39,272 bases of DNA, taken from Craspedostauros australis (taxonomy: Eukaryota). Shown piece by piece: positions 32,637 to 39,272 of this stretch (position 1 is the first letter of the stretch; each line of letters opens with the position of its first letter). Where the stretch lies: the NCBI GenBank assembly GCA_030167865.1, contig JALAGF010005571.1:1-39272 (forward strand), written 5' to 3'. The notes under the pieces are model-generated. The model was not told the DNA's origin and ran no database searches. It saw only the letters and a list, made by a program, of their open reading frames with translations. A program made the position numbers and the translations under genes.

Positions 32637-35600
32637 TTAGCATTCTCCTTCACACCAACAACACGAACAGTTTACTTCGGGGATCTTCCCCTCAGCGGAG
32701 CTGCAGTCAGCTGAAATCCAGATGCATGCCGTTTCCGAGAGACAAAATAGTGGATCAAGGTCGCCCGTGATTTCAGTCTCGTGCATCCACAATGAACCAA
32801 GGAATGCCAAGTTTGCGATTTCTGCTGGGATGGTTCCTTCGAGCTCGTTCGAGGCGAAATTGAGATACCCCAGAGAATCCAAGTGCCCGATTTCAGATGG
32901 CACTGTTCCATTGATGTGGTTGCTGCTCATGTCAAATTCTTCCAGCAGTGTCATGTTGCCGACTTCCGTTGGAATGCTTCCTTCCAACTCGTTGGCATCG
33001 ATGTAAAGTTGGATCAGGGACGTCAGACGTCCCAGCTCGGATGGCACATTTCCAGTGATATGGTTGGAATTGATGAGAAGCGCTTTCAAATTCACCATCA
33101 AGCCAACTTCCGTCGGAATGCTTCCTCCAAACTCGTTGTTGTCGAGATAGACCTGAGTCAGGGACATCATACGCGCCATTTCAGATGGAATAGTTCCATT
33201 CAATTGATTTGAGCTCAAGAATAAAGTCTGCAACGACTCTAACATACCCACTTCAGTCGGTACAGATCCAGTGAGCCGATTGTAGCCAAGCTGCAACGTT
33301 GTCAATGATGCGAGATTGCCCATCTCTGACGGGAGAGACCCATCGATTTGTGCGAATTCGATCGTCATTTCCTCCAATCGGGAGCATTCGCCGATTTCCG
33401 ATGGGATGGTTCCTGATAAATACGAACCGGAAACTCTGAAGATTCGTAGATTCTTCATAGATCCAATTTCGGTGGGCACTGTCCCCTCCGCCCTAGGGCC
33501 CGTCAGGCTGAGAGCCTTAATGTTGAGAACATTGAGCTGGTCTAACATTCCGATGTAAGAAGAGAGACTAAAGGAGAGTGTCTCCGAGTCCATCTCCAAC
33601 TCCACCATATTTGATAGGTGGTATACAGCCGGATCCACCACCGTTGGGCCTCCTTGAGAAATCACGAAACGGTCAACGTGTCGATCTTCATCGCAGCGTA
33701 AACTCAAATGGATGCCTGACCAGTCACAAAGATGCGAGGTCGATAGAAATTCGCCCTCGTCTTCCCACCATGGTCCATTCGTGGACCAGTACAAGCTGAC
33801 GAGTGCATAAAACTCCAGCAACTCAGTCACGTTGTGTTGTGGATCATTCTGGACCAGTTCCATCACGAATGGATTGTCTCCATTCGCCATCCAATCCAGT
33901 GTTTGATGGGCGACGCGGTTGGGGTTGCTCCAGTCTGTTCGATTGATGAGCGTCGGTTCTCCTTCGAGAATCGGGGCCAAAAGGTCCACGAGATCGAAAA
34001 AGGCATCGGTCTGTTCGAAGCCATAGGTTGGATCTTCGGAAGGAATGGTGGATACAGTGGGATAGCCACTTGGCGATTGCGATGGTATGGTGGATGGAAT
34101 TCCAGATAGTTGTGATTTGTCCGTCGCAGGATTCTGTCGGTCGTTGTTAATTGACCCGCTGGAGTTGGTTGAGCCATCGCGGGTGAGGACGACACCCAAC
34201 ACAACGGCGACGACAACGGCAATCAACACGATGAGAGTCATCAACGTTACCCACGACCATCTTCGTTTTGCCACTGGTGCTTGCTCGCGCGTGCTGGATA
34301 CAGCGAGCGGCTCTGCGATGGGGATATTGGTTTCGTTGCCCATCTCACGTTGGTCTTCTGTTTCCATCTGCCGTCGTAGGGCGAGGCGCATCTCTTCTTC
34401 AGATATGACACGCTCAGCAAGCACTACTGAAGAAGTGTGGGTTGGATCCTCCGACGTGGATCCATCTTGCGACATAGGTGCCAGCCCACTTCGGATGCGT
34501 CGAGCATTCGATGCTGATGCTTGCGCTGGCGGTGATACTGCCAATTCTGGTGCTGATGCGGACGTCGCTCGTGATGTTCTCAGCGGCCGCCCTTGTCTTC
34601 CTCCTGCCTCTCCTACGCTTGGTGACTCCATGTCATCGATGTGCTCCAGCAGCGACGATGTGCTCATCTGCGGGCTGGTGCTGCCGAGCCGGGGAAGCGG
34701 TTGCGTCATCACCGAGCCCATATCTGCAGCGACATCAGCACCAGCCCGGGCAGCTGTACCGAGTGCGTCGTTTTCTTCCGCAGAGCCTGGACCCAAGGCC
34801 AATTTATCGTTCCTCTTCTGAACGAGCGTGTCGATCTCCTGTTGCAACGGCGCCTTGTCCTTCGCTTGGCTCTTCTTGTCATTAGCGTGTTGCTGTTTGA
34901 GACTGTCTTGATCATCGCAGTGAATTAGTGGCGCCGAGTCTCCTTTCGAACCGCTGATCGAGACCGCACCTGGGGTCATCGATGACTGTCTCTGCTGTGA
35001 GTCATCCGTTAGCGATGGTGCTTCTGGATCTGCTTGCGGTGACACCACAGGATCAGTTGGTGGCGATTGTGATGGTTGGTCTGACGTTAACTTCCTCTGC
35101 AGCGCATCGTACCCCTCTCGAGACGACTGGTGGACCATAGAAGCGTTGCTTCCATCGGTCCCCACCAAGTTGCTAGCGAGAGAAGCTACGTCGGATGAAA
35201 GCTCAGAACCGGGCGCCTCGGGCATTCCTGGGTCGGTCGCCTCCTTTGATTTTGCAGACGGGTCCACGGTAGAAACAACAGGAACATGATTTGCCGTGAC
35301 ACCACCTTCTCCGCCTGTGCCACTTGCTCCACTCGATGAGAACTCTTGGCTGGGGCGCGGGCTCGATGCAGTGGTGGCAGCATCCGCCGTCACGGTGTCG
35401 GTAGCAGCAGCAGCAGCAGGCGGTTTAGAGTGCGGTTGCAGTTTGCTGGATGGAGATTCCACGTCTGGTGTCGATGCTGCGGGAGGCGTGATGGCTGGGC
35501 TGTCAGGGTGGAGATCTTCGCCGCCCCTCTCCATGCGGTTGATGGCTTCGTCCGATTTGCCTTCCTTCAGATTGGTGTTCCCATCCTCATTGGTCGCCTC

Positions 35601-35711
35601 GTCGTTTCCGATGAGCTGAGATGTGTTGTCCCGATCGTTCTCCTGATGGTTCTCTTCACCCTTTGGAGTGTCATCGCTTGCGCTGCTGATGCGGCTGTTG
35701 TTGTCGCTCAT
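32637..35711 (-). CDS. Single-pass (type II) membrane leucine-rich-repeat protein of the diatom-expanded type, 1024 aa
   Basis: Disordered N-terminus with PGAVSI motif, TM helix WVTLMTLIVLIAVVVAVVLGVVL, PSxxPS linker, LRR N-cap (YALVSLYWSTNG..W...HLCDWSGI..C), about 10 plant-type LRRs (LxxNxLxGxIPxExGxL), and C-terminal ISADC...CSCC. No kinase domain. Confidence 0.9.
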   Translation of the reverse strand: MSDNNSRISSASDDTPKGEENHQENDRDNTSQLIGNDEATNEDGNTNLKEGKSDEAINRMERGGEDLHPDSPAITPPAASTPDVESPSSKLQPHSKPPAAAAATDTVTADAATTASSPRPSQEFSSSGASGTGGEGGVTANHVPVVSTVDPSAKSKEATDPGMPEAPGSELSSDVASLASNLVGTDGSNASMVHQSSREGYDALQRKLTSDQPSQSPPTDPVVSPQADPEAPSLTDDSQQRQSSMTPGAVSISGSKGDSAPLIHCDDQDSLKQQHANDKKSQAKDKAPLQQEIDTLVQKRNDKLALGPGSAEENDALGTAARAGADVAADMGSVMTQPLPRLGSTSPQMSTSSLLEHIDDMESPSVGEAGGRQGRPLRTSRATSASAPELAVSPPAQASASNARRIRSGLAPMSQDGSTSEDPTHTSSVVLAERVISEEEMRLALRRQMETEDQREMGNETNIPIAEPLAVSSTREQAPVAKRRWSWVTLMTLIVLIAVVVAVVLGVVLTRDGSTNSSGSINNDRQNPATDKSQLSGIPSTIPSQSPSGYPTVSTIPSEDPTYGFEQTDAFFDLVDLLAPILEGEPTLINRTDWSNPNRVAHQTLDWMANGDNPFVMELVQNDPQHNVTELLEFYALVSLYWSTNGPWWEDEGEFLSTSHLCDWSGIHLSLRCDEDRHVDRFVISQGGPTVVDPAVYHLSNMVELEMDSETLSFSLSSYIGMLDQLNVLNIKALSLTGPRAEGTVPTEIGSMKNLRIFRVSGSYLSGTIPSEIGECSRLEEMTIEFAQIDGSLPSEMGNLASLTTLQLGYNRLTGSVPTEVGMLESLQTLFLSSNQLNGTIPSEMARMMSLTQVYLDNNEFGGSIPTEVGLMVNLKALLINSNHITGNVPSELGRLTSLIQLYIDANELEGSIPTEVGNMTLLEEFDMSSNHINGTVPSEIGHLDSLGYLNFASNELEGTIPAEIANLAFLGSLWMHETEITGDLDPLFCLSETACIWISADCSSAEGKIPEVNCSCCWCEGEC

Positions 35712-36330
35712 TGTTCCTGGTGATCGATGCCTGTGTATGCGTGTTTATGTGTGTTTATGTGTGAGTGTGTTGGAACAGGAGGGTCGGTGGGAGTTGATTG
35801 ATTGATTGATTGTCCTCTCGTTTTGTGGTGATTAGGCGATGCTGTTGCCTTTGCCTTGTTGCCTTTGCGTTGTTGCCTTTGTGCTGTGACCGCAACCTCA
35901 TCCTGGGTGCTGTGTTACTCGCACGGTTGCTGGTGTTGCTGCATTTTCGCGCATTGGTGTTTGCTCAGCAACCTCGTGACGAACAAGGGGAGGCTTTTCC
36001 GTCGCACAGCGGTGTTTCTAAGTTTTTCCGTTGGCTACGACGGAGTATCTTCCCGTTTTGGTCATCTTAGTTGTTTCACGAATCACTCTCGTTGGCGTAG
36101 TTGCGACCTCAAGGAGTCTTGACCTCCGTCCAAGGCAGGATGTTCAACCAGTGCGACTGCGACTATGAGACAAATCCAAACAGAGAGAATTAAATTATAT
36201 CCTTCAGCCACCTCTGTCAGGGATCACATGAAAAGCGAAGTACGCGTACTCGTGTTTTGCTCCTCGGTGACGAGATTGCACCACCATTCTAGAGGATGAT
36301 GCTGTCAATAGGACTGAGTGAGTGAATCAA

Positions 36331-36490
36331 TGTTGTTCGCTAATATTTATGAGAGATTGTATTGATTAGCGCTGGAGTTGCGGAAAGGATTCCTGATCGT
36401 AGCTTGCCTGTCTCTAGCAGAAAAGTGGGCGCGAGGTGCATAGCGTTCTGGCGATGGACAGGCGAGTCACGGGCGGGACTGGAATCAACA
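36331..36490 (-). repeat. Putative 3' LTR (about 160 bp; alternatively 188 bp ending at 36303)
   Basis: Starts TGTTG directly after the purine-rich GCGAGGGTG and ends CAACA at 36331 (5-bp inverted termini). An alternative ...TTGACA end lies at 36303. The 5' LTR is not in the window to confirm. Confidence 0.6.
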
Positions 36491-39272
36491 CACCCTCGCG
36501 GAACTCCCAGCATGCTCTGTCCTGTTGTCTTGCCACTGTCTGGAGTGGGCTTGAGGTAGACTTCGCGCATTTTGCGATGGTGAGCTGCCGGATGATGTTT
36601 GGTGAAGTAGTCGGCGAGGTTGTCGGCTCCTGGGGCCCAATATATGATGAACTGGCCCTGCTGGACGCGGTCGCGTACCCAGTAGAATCGCATGTCCATG
36701 GCCCGTGTGCGTCGTTGTTTCATCGTGTTGTTCACAATTCCGGATGCTGTGGAATTGTCTGTTTTGATGGGCGTAGGTGGTTGGGGATGCCCCAACTCGT
36801 CGAGCGTTGTGCGAAGTGCTGTGGCTGCTGTGCAGTTCAAGTACAGGGCGCCCACTTCGGCTTCGGCCGCGGAGCTCATCACATTTTGTATTTTGTTGCA
36901 TACAGTGTGGATGGCGCCATTGTTGGGTGGCTCGGTGCTCGGTGCCTTGGTGGCTTCGGTGGACCGTTTGCTGAGGTACATGTGGCCTCCGGCCCGGCTT
37001 CTCGCTTTTGGTAAGCTGAGGTAGGATGCGTCGCTGTCGACATGCAAGATCATGTCGCTGGCATGATACACCAGNATGGCGTTGGGATGTGTGGCGCAGT
37101 AGTCCATGAGTTGGTTCACGCGCCGTTCGGTGTCTTGTGTCGCGTGCGCCTGCTGTGTGGCGATGTCGCTTACTGCTGGCAGGATGGTTGGGTCCACTGC
37201 TCTGGCGTAGTACAGTAGTGTCCCCACCACTTGTCGAATGCGGATGATTTGTTCTGCCGGGAGTTTGGGCGATGTGTCGTCGTGTTTGGGCTCTTGTGTC
37301 TTCGCCCCGTAGGTTGGCGCGTCCCATGGTGCCGGCGCATGTTGTGGTCGAGTGGGGATGGGGTGCTGAAACTTGTGAAGTGCTTTTTGCACGTATCCTG
37401 GCATGGAGAGCTCCACTGTTCGCNNNNNNNNNNNNNNNNNNNNNNNNNNNNNNNNNNNNNNNNNNNNNNNNNNNNNNNNNNTACACTTGTAGATGGTTTG
37501 CAAAGCGCCGATGAGGTGCTTCGCGTGTTCTTCGCCCACATATTTCACACCGAAATCGTCGACGACCAGGGTGAAAGTGATGGGTCTGCAATCGTGTTTC
37601 CACAGTCCAGGTGTGTGCACGACTGGGCGGTATCCGAATTTTGCGAGGTGTTTCTGGAGTTTCACATTCGCTATTTTGCCGGCTTGTGGGAGGCCGTACA
37701 TGCCCTTGCGTACTTCCACATATACGTTGCCTTTGTGTTCGAGGTCGTGGAGTTTGTACTGTTCGACAACTTCCGGTGGCATCATGGCGATGGGCATTCG
37801 CATGTACTCGTATCTCTCCATCTCGATGTTGAGGTAAAAATCCTTGATGTCGATGGTCATGAATTTGGCTGCTGTTGTGGAGACCACGCTGTTGAAGAGA
37901 CACTTGGCCGTCGTCAGCTCGGCGGTTGGCGTGTGTACGTCGAAGGGGTAGTCGATGAGGTTGCCGCCCACGGTGAGGCGCGTGCGGTGGGTTTCTGCCT
38001 TCTGTGGTCGCACGGCGCATACGATGCGTCCGTATGTGATGGTGCGATCCTTGGGGACTTTGTTTCTCGGGATGAAGAAGATGGTGTTTGTGGCCGCTGT
38101 CGCTGGTATGCGCGTGCCGATGCCTTGTGCCAGGCGTCCGATTTCGTTGGCGAACGATCGGTACCACTGCTCGGGTGTGTGGCCATGCACTTTGCCTGCG
38201 ACGAGATGTCGGTACTCGTACGCGGTTCCGGTGCGTTCGTCGATGACGGCGTTGGCCTTCGGGGCGTTGGTGTCCCATCGTCGTCGCTGGATTGCGCCCG
38301 TGCGCAGTCTCGTGCGGGCTGCGGCGGTCGTCTCGCTCGGCGGTGTTTCCTCGTGGTCGTCGTCGTCTTCGTCGCCGGAGTCTTCGTCGTCCGTCACTGC
38401 CGGGGCCGTCTCTGGCACCCTCGGAGGTGCTGGCGTGTGCTTGTTGGTAGCGTGAGGTTGGCTGGTTCGAGTGTTTGTTGTTGCCGTTGTCGCTGGGACT
38501 GTGGCGCGCTCCGGCACCCTCGGAAGTGGTGCATCTCGTTTGGTTGGGGCGACTGTTTGAAAGATTCGGCTGAGCTCCTCCAACGCGCCTAGCTGCTGGT
38601 CGCCGACTGCTTGTATTGGTGGGCAGGGCGTTTTGAGTGCCTCGGCCAGGTCGCCTGCGGCTTTGATGGCTAGCTCTGCGTTGGTTGGCATCGGTGTTGC
38701 ACAACGACTTGGCTTGAGTTCGACGGTGTCGGTGATGCGGACTTTCCGCGTGTTGGTGCAGTAGATTTGGTAGCATCGGTAGTGTTCCATGGCTGGTGCG
38801 ATGTACCATCCTTTGGTTCCGTGCGGTGCCCATGTGGCTCGTTTTGCTGGTTTGTCGTGCGCGATGGCTTTCGTGCCCGGTGGTGCGAGGGGTGTTGCGT
38901 TGAAATCGAAGTTTCCATGGAGGACGTGATACGTGGAGATGTGTGGGTTCACTCGTGATGGCCGGAGCAGATTGAGTGTGATGTCGCACTGAGGTAGCAT
39001 TCTGCACCATAGATGCAGTGGGAAGTCGTCGTCGGCTGTTGCCAGACCTGCGATGAAGTGATCTTTCCATGTTGATATTGCTCTCTCGGCTGCGTTGCGT
39101 CGATGGATGCCTGGTGGAACTAGTTGGTATTCCATGTTTTTGGCTTGGATGAGTTGCTTGAGCTCTGCAGGGGCCTCGTTGTCCATTTGGTGGAAACGTG
39201 GCTTGAGACCCGCTCGTAGGAGAACATCCAGTAATTCGCCGCATGCTCGCGTGAGCTCTGATGCGTGGCGAC
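36340..39272 (-). CDS. pol: Copia pol polyprotein (integrase core, RT, RNase H); 5'-partial, frame open to the window edge
   Basis: Integrase MDNEA...HRRNAAERAI; RT RLTVGGN, IDIKDFYL, KGMYGLPQAG, TLVVDDFGVKY; RNase H HVDSDASYLS, SSAAEAEVGAL, KTDNSTA, NLADYFTKHH. No stops or frameshifts in the sequenced part. Confidence 0.95.
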   Translation of the reverse strand, partial: RHASELTRACGELLDVLLRAGLKPRFHQMDNEAPAELKQLIQAKNMEYQLVPPGIHRRNAAERAISTWKDHFIAGLATADDDFPLHLWCRMLPQCDITLNLLRPSRVNPHISTYHVLHGNFDFNATPLAPPGTKAIAHDKPAKRATWAPHGTKGWYIAPAMEHYRCYQIYCTNTRKVRITDTVELKPSRCATPMPTNAELAIKAAGDLAEALKTPCPPIQAVGDQQLGALEELSRIFQTVAPTKRDAPLPRVPERATVPATTATTNTRTSQPHATNKHTPAPPRVPETAPAVTDDEDSGDEDDDDHEETPPSETTAAARTRLRTGAIQRRRWDTNAPKANAVIDERTGTAYEYRHLVAGKVHGHTPEQWYRSFANEIGRLAQGIGTRIPATAATNTIFFIPRNKVPKDRTITYGRIVCAVRPQKAETHRTRLTVGGNLIDYPFDVHTPTAELTTAKCLFNSVVSTTAAKFMTIDIKDFYLNIEMERYEYMRMPIAMMPPEVVEQYKLHDLEHKGNVYVEVRKGMYGLPQAGKIANVKLQKHLAKFGYRPVVHTPGLWKHDCRPITFTLVVDDFGVKYVGEEHAKHLIGALQTIYKCXXXXXXXXXXXXXXXXXXXXRTVELSMPGYVQKALHKFQHPIPTRPQHAPAPWDAPTYGAKTQEPKHDDTSPKLPAEQIIRIRQVVGTLLYYARAVDPTILPAVSDIATQQAHATQDTERRVNQLMDYCATHPNAXLVYHASDMILHVDSDASYLSLPKARSRAGGHMYLSKRSTEATKAPSTEPPNNGAIHTVCNKIQNVMSSAAEAEVGALYLNCTAATALRTTLDELGHPQPPTPIKTDNSTASGIVNNTMKQRRTRAMDMRFYWVRDRVQQGQFIIYWAPGADNLADYFTKHHPAAHHRKMREVYLKPTPDSGKTTGQSMLGVPRGCVDSSPARDSPVHRQNAMHLAPTFLLETGKLRSGILSATPALINTISHKY
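36491..36499 (-). other. Putative polypurine tract (plus-strand primer site)
   Basis: GCGAGGGTG directly abutting TGTTG, downstream of the RNase H domain. Confidence 0.55.
37424..37481. other. Assembly gap (58 N) inside RT; single N at 37075
   Basis: Seen directly; the reading frame is preserved across it. Confidence 0.99.

Larger units (their letters stand above)
36331..39272 (-). mobile_element. Ty1/copia LTR retrotransposon (CoDi-like), 3' portion; 5' part outside the window
   Basis: Domain order integrase, RT, RNase H, then PPT and LTR. Left boundary uncertain (36331 or 36303). Confidence 0.95.

Noticed and set aside
36485..39244. 919-aa second ORF overlapping pol on the same strand
   Set aside because: In this shifted frame a stop needs T at pol third codon positions. 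The element's sense strand is A/C-rich and T-poor, so the frame stays open passively. The product is low-complexity R/H/T/P with no motifs.
1..39272. CRISPR arrays, tRNA or rRNA genes
   Set aside because: No spacer-separated direct repeats or cloverleaf/rRNA signatures seen by eye; the repeats present are microsatellites or coding repeats.

Overview
Gene-dense eukaryotic nuclear DNA, almost certainly from a diatom: it has a silicon transporter (SIT), bipartite 'ASAFAP'-type plastid presequences, GT-AG introns and a CoDi-like Ty1/copia element. Fifteen host genes in order: SIT 5' end (missed by the ORF track), plastid DUF3110-like protein, PDCD2/Tsr4-like, TAF6 (4 exons), ribosomal eL42, POP4/Rpp29, plastid DHDPS (3 exons), LysM+UBA-like protein (3 exons), secreted VHL-like/prolyl 4-hydroxylase (2 exons), UNC-45, phytol kinase, a 2-exon candidate selenoprotein, LSG1, a TCAIM/DUF4460-like protein and a membrane LRR protein. 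The 3' half of a copia retrotransposon follows. Main finding: the minus-strand gene at 27643-26519 ends ACC-TGA-GGT-TAA (Thr-Sec-Gly-stop), and a well-formed type II SECIS hairpin lies about 370 nt downstream. This points to a hidden SelK/SelS-like selenoprotein that also carries a signal peptide plus a transit-like leader. All family calls come from motif recognition by eye; no database searches were run.
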